Below are positions 49,055 to 61,114 of a stretch of DNA of 64,000 nt, piece after piece. Location: assembly GCA_009103225.1 (NCBI GenBank), contig RHPI01000772.1, positions 490,499-554,498 on the forward strand, read 5' to 3'. The first letter of the stretch is position 1. Each line of letters starts with the position of its first letter. The notes beneath the pieces are model-generated. The model was not told the origin of the DNA, did not search any database, and was given only the letters and a program-made list of their open reading frames with translations. Position numbers and translations under genes: made by a program. The DNA is from Chlorokybus atmophyticus. Its lineage: Eukaryota > Plantae > Mesostigma and Chlorokybus algae.

Positions 49055-52000
49055 GTTGTTGTACTGTATAACATCATGAACATGAGAGCAAATTGTAATA
49101 GTATTTGCAGTAAAATTGCTTTCCCATGAACCATTCATGATACAAGAATGCAATGTATCTTCTACTAGACCTTGTGAAGGAACTTCACTACGAATGACAT
49201 TAAGAAATCTCAAGTATTCTTGATCAGAATCATGACGAATAGATGTGTTAAGTGCATGTTTGTGAGCAACATTCCAATAATGACTATGTCCATTATGACA
49301 CTTATCACAAGGTTGTGTGTTCTCACCACGACTATGTTTGCAAACCGGTGGTAGTTGTTTGTGATCACCAACAAAAATGATTTGAATCCTTTCTACAAAT
49401 GTTGTTGGGGCATATAGCTGCCGAACGCGCAGAAATAACAAATTAATGATCTCAGCAGTTAACATGGAGTATTCGTCAATGATAAAAACTTGAGTAGCAT
49501 TCATTATAGCATAACGCGTGTCTATGGGTGATAAATATGGTAAGAAACTGCCAGCACAAGGTATTCCAAAAGCAGTATGAACAGTGCGTGCAGTTGTACT
49601 CAATCAAATAGCTGCAGCTCCTGTAGACGCACATAGCATAACTTTTAATCCTAGATTTCGTAAGTGATATGTGGTCTTTTTGGTTAAATACGTTTTACCG
49701 GATCCCGGTGTCCCCGATATAACATGAAAACCCGAGTGTTGTGAAATAATGTGATCAAAGACACATTGTTGCTCGGGACTTAACAGGCCATGTGCAATAT
49801 CTTGAAACTCATGAACTCAACCTAATGCTTCAATCTGTTGTTGTGTTACAATTTCGTTGATGTGCAAATCATTCATATTAGGAATGTTGGTTGTTGTAGT
49901 ATCAACTGATTGTTTTCCAACCATTTGCAAAAAGTAATTGTTGTATTTGATACTCCGTAAATAAGTGTTTAGTACAATAGGTGATAATATGTTGTTCCAA
50001 AGTGTAGGTATTATCATCCAAATACCCACGAATAATGCATTCATCATAATACGAGCGTTGTTTATTGTCATCACTTAATAACTCATGCTCACTCCTAAAA
50101 TGAACTTTGCTTAATAGATGATTGAAAAAGTATCCTTCCATGTTATGCACAGGATGACAATCTGTAAATTTGACAATCTGTGGTTCTTTTAGTTGATTCA
50201 CAACAAACCCCAGTGAGTCAATTAACGTGTCTTTGGGCAGAACGTACCGTGAGGAGTTGTTGACACCTTTGGTGCGATGATATTGACGAAAGTACTCGAA
50301 AAAGGACACCAACAAGTTCCTGTGGGCGTGCACAATAAATGTCAATTGAATGTATCACAACATGTTGAGCACCTTGTAATAGTGTGGTACGCGATAAAGG
50401 CATATGAGAGTCGATGTAAATCACACGGCTTGATTTTTGAATAATAGGTATTTCCAAGCAAGTCATAGCAGCTTCAGATGGAGATAATGGTTTGGACAAG
50501 TACATGGCACTAATAAATCGTAATGCGGTATCTGATAAACCATTCAATCCCAACGATTTTGCATTGTCAATATTAATGTTTAGTGCCCCAAGCGGTTCAG
50601 TCTTCATAGTGTACTTAAGTATATATAAAGACCAATTATCATTTGTCACCTTCTGTACATTACAATGTGCACCCCATAAAAGTAACAACGACGTATGATA
50701 TGGAACAACATTACGATCTTGATAACGTGGTCGGTAATAATCATAACGTTTACTATTGCCATTGAACTTAGCTACACGCTCTGATTGTGTATCATATGGA
50801 AAACCATAACGACATTCACTATTGAAAGCACGACAACCACTTCCGACGGGGCTACAAATGTGTAATTGCTTTTTCCTTACATACTCAAATAACACACGTT
50901 GGTACATGTCAGTTGGTGGAATTATGGTTTCAGTGTTATCATCATACTGTCCCGGTATGAATGCAACAATCTCATTTGAAACACGTTCAATATCGTCTTG
51001 AGATAACCATAACATAACATGAGCATGTAAAGACCCACGATGTTGAGTTTCATAACGTATCACGTAGTGTTCTACATTACCTAAAATTTTCTTGCGAATG
51101 ATGTATGCTTGAAAAAACACTGTAAAACGATGATGAAATAATCTGGCACATTCAATGGTGCATCACGCCATGTAAAGTTTAAATCGATGTTTTTGAGAAA
51201 GTTTTAAACGTCAACAATTTCGGGCCATTTGGTTTCGCTTACTTCATCAGCAGTTAACGCGACAAACAGCGTAGGCATACCCCAATGATCAACCAAAGTA
51301 AGTAAGTCACCCAATTGTGTGCGATGCCCACTGGGTGATCCGATAATAGAACTAGGAATTTTGTACTTGATGATATAACGAACAGCATCTTCATCTGATG
51401 AATTTGGGAGATCCTTGCGATATTTCATGATGGATTTGTTCAATAATATGGTGCGACATTGAGTAACCAACATCAGGGCTTGACGGATGTGATACATTAA
51501 TAGTATGTAAGGTTTATACAAGGTGAACATGGAAAAAGCCATGGAACAACGCATTTGAATATAATCAGTAAAATGACGTATATGTACACCTTTAAAACTA
51601 CCAACACCTTGTGGAAATAACATTGGAAATTTGTACTAGCCTCAGAGGAATGAATTAAGATTGTATGCGCATTGGTGGCACGACAAGTTAAACCACCAGC
51701 AATAAAATTATTGGGTATATGTGTGTTGTTGGTGGGTGTCTCAATATGAAGTAATGTGGTCAGAACGTGTAATCTTTCTTGATTATTAACTACATTGAGT
51801 AAACCACGACGACATTATTCTCGCACAATGTGTTCAACTATCGTACTAGGTGCAACCGGTACTCCACTGCAAATAGAAGGATATTCCAACATGGTTAAAT
51901 ACTTTCTGACATGTGCATTGGTAATGAGCAATTCACTAAGTACTTCATGAAATGATGCAGGAACGTGATCAATGTTAAAGCAATAATTGTCCCACACAAT

Positions 52001-52454
52001 TAGTGGTCCTTTAAGGAATTAAGGAACTTGTCCCCAACATACCAACACCATAGCTATGTGGACCTTGACTGTCCAAACGAATGCTTGTATTAAAAAGTCC
52101 CAAATATTGTACAGCAACGGGATGTTCAGATAATACTTTGCGCATATATTCAGTAGAGTACATGACGGTGTGATGTCTTCGTGACGATTTATTGTGACAT
52201 GTTTGACAAACTCGCATTGAGGTGGGTGTACGTGTAAAATCACCCATGAACATGTTCGCAATAGCGTAAGGAGGTATCTCATGATTAAGATCATATAACT
52301 TCATTTGTTTGCGTTGAAATTGACCAAATAATGTCACACCACAAAGACCACAACATTGCATGTCTCCAATGAACATGTGTTGCTCTTCAATCCATGTGGA
52401 AAGTTGTTGGGTTGAGTAAGTCCAAGAAGAGTTGCCAACATCAACATTATCCAT
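49055..52454 (-). pseudogene. RepHel N-terminal part: Cys-rich region, HUH Rep endonuclease, Pif1 helicase
   Basis: CCGLC...CQTC; MLFPQG; WGMPTLFVALT; RYETQHRGSLHAHVMLW (HUH); YILKYTMK; Walker A ISGTPGSGKT; Walker B FIIDEYSML; IIFVGDHKQLPPV. Several stops and frameshifts. Confidence 0.93.
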
Positions 52455-52879
52455 GTTTCACCAATCATGTGTTCACTCAAAGTCCAATAACCAAATGTCA
52501 CTACTCCTAATAACACACCTGTGCCACTCAAGTAGCCACAAATGCCCACCGCCACAACGTCCGCGCCAACAGCTACGCCGCCACCAGCTCCAAACCCTCA
52601 ATAAAATTGAGCTTGAAGGGCGTTATGTTGAGAAACGTATGTGTAGTAACATGTTTTTGATTGGTGATTATGTTTTTTGATTGGATATGACAATATCATG
52701 CCTATTTACATTGCAAGAGATTACACAAGCTCAACTCCTATTGGTTCAATCATAATCAGAAACAACCAATCGGCGACGGAGAAAATATTGTTAATCACAA
52801 TTACCACTATGCTTACCCCTATCAAAATCCCTACAACTACCCTATCAGTACGATTATTGACTATTGTCAACTTCGCCAA

Positions 52880-53290
52880 CTTCGCCAACTCCGTGAACAC
52901 TATCCCTATTGCCGTCCCGGTCTCTTTCCGCATTCCAATCCTTATCCTTACTGTTCGCGCAACACACTTGGGCAGCGTAGGATACTAATAGTGCCACTGA
53001 TATTATCCCTATTCTTGTCCCTATCCCTACCAGCGGACACTATCCCTATTGCCGTCCCTGTTTTTTTCTCTATTCGGATCCCTATCTCTACTGTTCGCGC
53101 AGTTGGGCGGCGTAGGATGCTGATAGTGCCAAAGGCATTATCCCGATTCTTTGCCTTATCCCTATTGCCGTCCCTATCTCTTGGCCTATTCGGATCCCTA
53201 TCCCTTCTGTTCGCGCACACACTTGGGCGGCGTAGGATACAAATAATGCCAAAGGAATCATCCCTATTCTTTTCCCTATCCCTATCGCAC
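52880..53290. repeat. Degenerate CCCTAT-type tandem repeat upstream of RepHel
   Basis: Repeated ACTATCCCTATTGCCGTCCC and CGCACACACTTGGGCRGCGTAGGAT blocks. Confidence 0.8.
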
Positions 53291-53499
53291 TATCGACACC
53301 TTACGCCGACTTTAGGGTGCCGCGCAAAACGCGGGCCAACAAACAACGCACGCAAAACGGGTGCCGACTACCGCGGTAGGGCATCACCTTTAAAATGCCT
53401 GGTTGCGCCTGGTATCGACATAATCGATGCTTGACAAATAGCAAAGAAAATACAACGTCGACAAAGTCGGATACCTTTTAACATTGACAGCCTAATAAG

Positions 53500-53728
53500 T
53501 TTAAGATGTGGCCATTATTAAGTTCAAGAAAAGACGGATACCGAACTTGATATACACCAGCTAGTTGACCTTAATGGCAGCTCGATACCAAACAAAGTTG
53601 TGGCTGCAGCCGCCAAAAGTGCAAGAATGGATATGTTGCTTGCATATGGATCCTTAATTAAGTTATGGTTGAATCTCCAATTAATTTGTGGGCAAGGCCG
53701 AACTGTTGGGGGGCCATTTCTACCGGTG
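53500..53728. mobile_element. CACTA-like element copy 3, right part
   Basis: Reverse-complement homologue of 15914-16145; ends CCATTTCTACCGGTG. Confidence 0.7.
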
Positions 53729-56700
53729 GAGTAGGGGAGAATGGTGCGTGTACAAGAGTTATTATGCTGTCGTTTTCTTATGCATTGGGTCTGAACCACA
53801 GCAACATGTATGATATCCTTCAACGCATCTTACATACTCCAACCATCGGGCTATTGCTGCCTACGCCACTGTCACTACTTGCCTTCCTCCTACTGATACA
53901 CACGCATGCAAGTATTCGTATTATCATCTGCACCATGGCAATGGTTACTCGTTAGCCTCTACATCGTTGGTGACAGCAGTAGCAGCAGACCAACTGAACT
54001 CCCCCTTTCTCGCCCCACCGCTCACTCAAAGTCTCTCCGCTCATCTTCAACGCAGTGCAATCACCATTGCCCGGCAGCACTGCGTAATAAGGATATGAGT
54101 AGCTGTTGCGCAACATTGTAACAGGCAGTGGCCCATTCCACCATGCGCAAGGCTGGTCGAGTGGGCCACCGTTTGTTACATGAAAAGAGAGGATATAGGT
54201 GATCTCCGTCTGCATGATCCGCTGACTCAATAGCTCGATCTACTTATGTCAAGCAATGAAGCCTTATAGCCCTTGATATATACAAACGTACATATATATA
54301 AACATACATGTAGCCGCGTCACGCTTATAGCAGGGAATTCTCTACGCGGTCAAGATTATTTTTATGCCCATAGCTGTTCGGCAACCTGAAGCAGGCAGTA
54401 CATGTCTGTGGCGGTCCCCACTCAAATTCATGCCACTTGAGATTGAAATGTAATTTGGGTTATGATGGCTTATCGAATCAAGTAGTATCAGTATGTAATA
54501 TATTAGCGCCACCTGAGGAAAGCACAAGGAAAGCACAGCTTGCGTGCATGCACGTCATTGCATGACATTGCATCATGACACGATGTGTTTGCACAATATT
54601 AAGGTGTTTTATTAACACCCCAACTCGGTTAAAAAACATTTACAACTTGCCACGCTTGTTAGCAGATAACGAGCAGATTAGGGTTGGGAGATATGTAAAG
54701 TCAGCTGGCAGCCACAGTCGCACTGCCCACTTGCTGGCGGTGACTAACTGTGGCATACAGTTGGTTGGTCATGCGCTGTGGGTTTGTGGGAGTGTTGCTG
54801 GTACCCACAGGTGCGTTGCTAGCAGGGGGTTTGGGCTAGCCCCTTGCGGCCTTACTTGCTGCTGCTTACTGCTTGTTGGTTGCCAACGGCAAGCATAGCA
54901 TTTGCTCCACATGATTGTAGCATGCGTGTGGAATCACTGCGTATTTTTTGTATTATGATTAATGTACAATCTACCCTCGCTTTTGTCATGTCCGTTAATA
55001 GAACAACCCCGCCATATGTTGGACGCAAATGTTATGCGACCGATGTCCGTCTGCTCCCATGCCTTACTGCACGCACATAAGCCCCGCTCGCATAGTGTAG
55101 CTACACTATGCAACACACAGCTAGCGGCTGGCTGTCTGTTGCGTGTGATTCGGCAATTCACCATGTTTGATGACGCAGTAACTATAGCGTGTAATCAATT
55201 AGCGTTACATGGTAGAGTGGATTAGTTAGAACGAGGGTGAGTAGTGGCGGCATGTCTTTGGGGTATGGGGCCTGCCCCGACCTCGTACCGCCAAGAACGC
55301 GGCCGATTTAACCACAAACTGTGCTGCAATTGCATCGAATCCCTAGCGATTTTGGGTCGCTGTTGAACAGCAGTTGCCGCTGAATTAGTTTTCAGCATCT
55401 TTTACGCATCTCAGCAATGACTGGCCAAATCGCTGCCTTTTTAAGCAATGATTGTTGTCACCGTTGCGATCTCATTTGATCAAATTCAAGCGTGACCAAA
55501 TGGTGACCTAACGATGCAAATTTTCGTTTAGTTGAATCTTAACATTACGGTAATTTAGGTTAGCATTATTTTGTAGTTGTAACCTTGGCATTACTGACTG
55601 AATATTTTAGCACGTACCGTGGCCTAAACGTTATGTTAATTATTAAGTTTTGAAACGCTTAACTGCAGGTTGCTAGCCATATTGCGCCATATTGCAACAG
55701 ATGTGCTTCATTTTGCAACACATCTGAGATATCAACATGTAGCATTGTATCTCCATATTTATCAATATTATTTCTGTTACACATTAAAAATGATCAACCT
55801 GCAGCCATAAGCGGCCACGTATGCAGAACTGTGCTTAATTTTACATTTTATGGCATGCGTTTTAACAATTGGATGTGCTTTGGACGGCCAGGATTGTTTA
55901 GGCAGATCTAACGGTGTAACGCTTGTACTCGCCGCCTAGCCAATAAGAAGCCGGGCCGCACATACTGCCGCGCAGCCCGGCAGTCGCGGGTGCCGTGTGA
56001 TGGCCCGACCAAACAGCCGCACCACACATCTCGGCACGTAACGTGGCAGAAACGTTAGTACTTTATGTATTATCTTAATACATGTGGGACATGTTCAGAT
56101 CATGTAAGCCATGTGAAACTATTTATATACTATATTATATATTATGTATAATAGATTGCGTGTATCATATATATTATGCATACACAATTACCTATATATA
56201 TAACATTTTATATATAACATTTTATAATATTATAGTATTATATGCATAAAATCTGCACACAAGCCACAACAAGCGTGGGAGCCAGTCAGTCAGCAAATCA
56301 GCATGCACACACATGAGTACGCATGCATGCGCACAAGTACGCATGCATGCACACAAGCAGTCGGAAGCAAGGAGCCAGCTAGTGTGTGCACAAACAAGTG
56401 TGCGTGCTCAGCAACCAGCCAACCAGTCAGTGTGCACACACACAAGTACGCATGCATGCACACAAGCAATCGGAAGCAAGGAGCCAGCTAGTGTGTGCAC
56501 AAACAAGTGTGCGTGCTCAGCAACCAGCCAGTCAGTGTGCACACACACAAGTACGCATGCATGCACACAAGCAGCATGCGCACAAGCAGTCCGAAGCAAG
56601 GAGCCAGCCAATGTGCACACAAACAAGTGTGCGTGCTCCGCAACCAGTCAGCCAATTAGCGTGCACAACACCAACAATACGAAATACACATGCATGCACA

Positions 56701-56829
56701 CAAGCAACAAGCACTGCTTGTACACACATGTATGTTACATGTGTGTACAAGCACAAGCAGTCAATGCACATCACTCAGCACCTGTGGGCGCTTCTTCATA
56801 TCTACATCCACCCACTCCACGCACATATC

Positions 56830-58454
56830 TTCATTCATCCACCTTTCTTGTTGGCGTAGATGTGCATGCCCGGCACCTTGAGGTCGCGCGGCACCATCTT
56901 CCGCTTGAGCACAACAAGAGGAGGCAGCTTGGAACCATCAGCACAAACTGATAGAACAAGGGTAAAGCTCGCCTTCTCATGACCGTTCGTTGTCATGGGC
57001 ACAGTTCGTGCGCCCCGCTGATGCAAAGTCTTTAACGACAGCATGTCAAGCACTATCGGCACCTCATCCATGTTGATAATCTGCCACAAAGTGTATGATT
57101 ATCATTTGATTGCTTGCTTGCTTGCTTGTGGTTGATCAAGCAATTACTCTACAAAATGCACCTGTTGCATAGTGTACTTGTTCTTCTTCCACATGCCATC
57201 AACAAACAACCTAAAGGATGTCATAATCTCTGCTTGCTGAGCAGGCGCTCTCTGGTCCACCTTCGTGCGAGCACGCACGACAAGATCGTGGCGTTTGTAA
57301 AAACGCACTGCCTAGTTTAAGGAGGCGTTAACGTGCACATGCTTGTCGGGTGACTGTTCGCTGGCCTCTGCGATCAGCTGCTTCGCAAGCGCCTGTTTGA
57401 GCATGTACACATAAGCACAAGCAGTCAGCAACGAGTGTAAGTGTACAAGCTTTCAGTGTAGCAATCAGTGTATGTGCACAAGCAGTCAGCAATGATTGCG
57501 TGGGTATAGGCACAACCACTCAGCAAGGAGTGTGTGTGTAAGTTAGCAAAGAGTGCGTGGGTATGTGCACAACCACTCAGCACGAATTGCGTGTGCATGT
57601 ACACAAGCAGTCAGCAATGAGTGCGTGTGCATGTACACAAGCAGTCAGCAATGAGTGCGTGTGTAAGTTAGAAAGCAGTCAGCAACGAGTGCGTGGGTAT
57701 GCACAAGCAATCAGCAAGGAGTGCGTGTGTACAAGCAGTACCTGTAGCATCTTCTGCGAAACAGCAAGGCCAAGCATGCGCTTGTCTTTGACAAAGGCGA
57801 ACAACTGCTCCTCCATGTCTAGGAATTGTGGTTTGCGCCCACCTGCATGTCAAAGGGCAGCACCACATTCAATAGTGCATGTTGATGTTTACACTCCATG
57901 TTGTAAGTATATTGCACATAACGTACCCCCTTGCAAACGGAAGGCAGACCTCAAGCTGCTCGTGATGTTAATGCCCTGCTTGATTCATTCACGAATGCTT
58001 TTCGGATAGACATCATGCTCACGTGCTGCAGCCTTCACCCCAATAAGGCGTGCCCGATGCAACATCTTCAGCTACACACACAACCTTTGCATTAGCTGCT
58101 TATTAATGTCGAGCATGTGTTGAACAGGTGCACAAGCAGACACTACCTACGCTGACACAAAACACGCAAGCAAGCATTACCGAATGCACATCTTTGACTT
58201 ATTGTGAATTGACGGCGCGGGTGCCTCTTATTCTTTTAACAATTGCTCTCACGTGCGCGCTGCTTTGCAACCACCCCATCTAGGCGCGCCTCACGTGCTG
58301 CTTGGTCTGCCTTGCCCTTATCAGCAGCTGCGGCAGCAACAGCAACGGCGACTGCAGCCGCTGCCGAGACCACTTCAGCAGCAGCGGCTGCTGCCGCTGC
58401 TTCCTCCTCAAGCCGGCGCATGCTGGTCTGCCTTGCAGCAGCCCGACCAGCCAT
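56830..58454 (-). pseudogene. pogo/Tc1-mariner superfamily transposase (BrkDBD-like, Tc5 HTH, DDE_1), intron-containing, truncated
   Basis: Exons give RRQFTIS|LKMLHRARLIGVKAAAREHDV..SIRE*IK, GRKPQFLDMEEQLFAFVKDKR, N*AVRFYKRHDLVVRART, NMDEVPIVLDM...GHEKASFTLVLSVCADGSKLPPLVVLK. Two conserved Trp codons are stops. Possible 5' TIR CTGTATTTACCGG ends at 58701 next to TA. Confidence 0.85.
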
Positions 58455-60627
58455 TTGCCACCGCCGCCAGCCACACCGCCCTCAACAACCACACCGCCCT
58501 CCACAACCACACCGCCGCCAACCACGCAGTTGGTCGCCCCCAAGGATGAGATTTGCGTAAGAAAGGCGCGAAAGGCGGCAACCCCTGCTACCAAACATAG
58601 TCCCCCCCTTTCAATAATATCCCCCCCCCGAATACAATACCCCATATTGGGGGGGGGGGGGACACTATAAAAAGGGGGGGACTGTGATCCGGTAAATACA
58701 GTATACATCATGTATAGTTTNCACTTATGATACATATATATATATCTAAATTATTATTAATTACAATGCATATTATTGTATGTAGTCATCATTGCATACA
58801 GTTATTAAGATTATCAGAAACAAAGTGTATATCATTCGCATATATTTGAGCAGTTGCATGACGTGGGGATGAGCTTTGGACGGTCGCGATTTGTTTTGAC
58901 AGATCGAACGGCCGATAGCTATTGCCGCCTAGCCATGAGAGGCAGGCGGGCCGCGCAGCCCGGCAGTCGCGGGTGCCGTATGGCACACGGCCGTCGTGCG
59001 TGGTGCGCGTGTGATGTGTCTTGTGTGATAATGCCGGCCGGCCCAATCACACGCCCAATCAGCCGCACCGCTAGTTCTATTGGCTCATTGCCAATTGTTG
59101 CCTTCTTGCTTGTTTGCACTGTTTTGTGGTCTGTGTTCTACCCTAGACATATACCGTACTGCCACGAAGTACTCGTTATGTTTTGTTTGACCTTCTGTCA
59201 TGTGGGCAATAGGCATCGAGCATGGTGCTGTTGCTGTCAACGAATGAAAAAAAACTCAAACAGTTCGTATCAGTACGGTATCTTGGAAAGTACTTTGCCC
59301 AGGAGTCCAGGGAGGAAGGCACGCGCGGTTTTAGCGCGCGTGCTACGGGGCATGTCGCGGCCGCCATCATTGATTCTTGCTGTCAGTGGCGGTGTGGTGG
59401 TCGGTAGTGTTGGCTGCTAACCAGTTGACCATTAATCAAGTTAATAAGGTTAACGTTAACCATTATCAGAGGACAGCAAAGGTTATCGGGTTAGCGGGTT
59501 ACGTTTAATTACACTTACTTCCCAGTTACACTTGCACGACATTAAGTGCAATTCGCTGAGTTACGTAATTCAGTTTTGGTTATAATATGAAATACAGTTT
59601 GTGTTACGACACATGAAATACCTGGTACCTTGTGATGCGAGTTGTAAGATCTCTTCATGGTATATCGTCGATTATTCGTAAAAATATACGGTAACGTGTG
59701 GTATATACCTTTACTTACATCCGAATACATGTACATCTACATATATAAGCAAGACTGTATGTACGTTGCATAATATACATATGTAAATTTGTATGTGTAT
59801 TGATGTACACATGTGAATACATCAAGTTCATACATATCATGGACATGAAGAGGTTTATACATAAACAATATATACTTATGTAAATTATACATATGTATAA
59901 TGTACAAATGATAAAATAAAACATTCATGTATGTGTGAGATGATGTGTTTGATGCTGATAGACGTGTGCATTATAAGCATGTATGTATTGTGTACATATA
60001 TTACATTACATGCAAGCAAGTAATTGCGTTGTAAGATTCTTTTATCACATACGTAATCATCTCGACACATACATGTTTAAAGTTTATTCACAATGGGTTA
60101 CTTGCACACGCGCTTAATGTAAGTAGGTATGTATATGTGTGATTATGACATAATCATTATGGTCATCACATACACCCTATATATTATGCAAAAATATGGG
60201 CATTAGTGCGAAAAATAATAAAGTTGCTTAAAACCATGAACTTGCACACCAGCTGCAAAGACCTCATCAAGAGCCATCGTTTGCGCCTACTTTTATTACA
60301 AACTGTGACCGTATGAGAGATTAATCTGGCGTTAACATTAACCTATTAACCACTAACCGGCCCCTGCAGGTGGTTAATGCCCAACACTGGTGAGTGGCGA
60401 AAGGAAGTCGGGGTTGGGCGTTGGTAGCGTTTGGGGCGCACGGTGCGGTGGTGGCTGTCTGTGCATGCTGAGTTGGGGGGCGAGGGGCGCTGATGTGACA
60501 CGTTGCCTGCCTGCCTGCTTGCAACGCCCGGAGCCTCTGCGGGCCGCCAGCAGAGTGTGGGTGCGTTGATAGTAACAGAGTGAGTGCCGTGAGTGCTGCT
60601 AGCTGCTGCGCCGCTGTTGCTTTCTGT

Positions 60628-60846
60628 NNNNNNNNNNNNNNNNNNNNNNNNNNNNNNNNNNNNNNNNNNNNNNNNNNNNNNNNNNNNNNNNNNNNNNNNN
60701 NNNNNNNNNNNNNNNNNNNNNNNNNNNNNNNNNNNNNNNNNNNNNNNNNNNNNNNNNNNNNNNNNNNNNNNNNNNNNNNNNNNNNNNNNNNNNNNNNNNN
60801 NNNNNNNNNNNNNNNNNNNNNNNNNNNNNNNNNNNNNNNNNNNNNN
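60628..60846. other. Assembly gap (N run)
   Basis: N run seen directly. Confidence 0.99.

Positions 60847-60925
<79 letters not shown>
60847..60925. repeat. (TC)n microsatellite; orthologous to the (AG)n at about 8620-8655
   Basis: Seen directly. Confidence 0.97.
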
Positions 60926-60931
<6 letters not shown>

Positions 60932-61114
60932 GCTGGTGCCTAGCTCCGCGCGTGTTGACCCCCGCTCTGCATGCTTGGTGGTGATTGTGAGCGCTCTGCA
61001 GTTGCCCGTCTGTGTGCACGCCCGCACTCATTTCACCCCTCACTTCTTTCAGCAAGAAGCGTGTGTGGAGGACCTTGCGGCTCTGACGCGACAACAGGGA
61101 GTGCGCAGGCAAGC

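Larger units (their letters stand above)
31800..53499 (-). mobile_element. Large Helitron2/Helentron-type element (RepHel-GIY-YIG plus probable JmjC cargo); boundaries approximate
   Basis: The interval separates two parts of one CACTA-like family (compare 15914-17519). It contains Rep and Pif1 helicase motifs and the same degenerate CCCTAT/ATAGGG repeat throughout. Canonical termini not identified. Confidence 0.6.

Noticed and set aside
30538-53731. 3-bp TSD for CACTA-like copy 3 and canonical Helitron ends (TC...CTRR with hairpin)
   Set aside because: Flanks TTG and GAG do not match, and a CTAG near 31842 lacks a convincing hairpin, so boundaries are reported as approximate.
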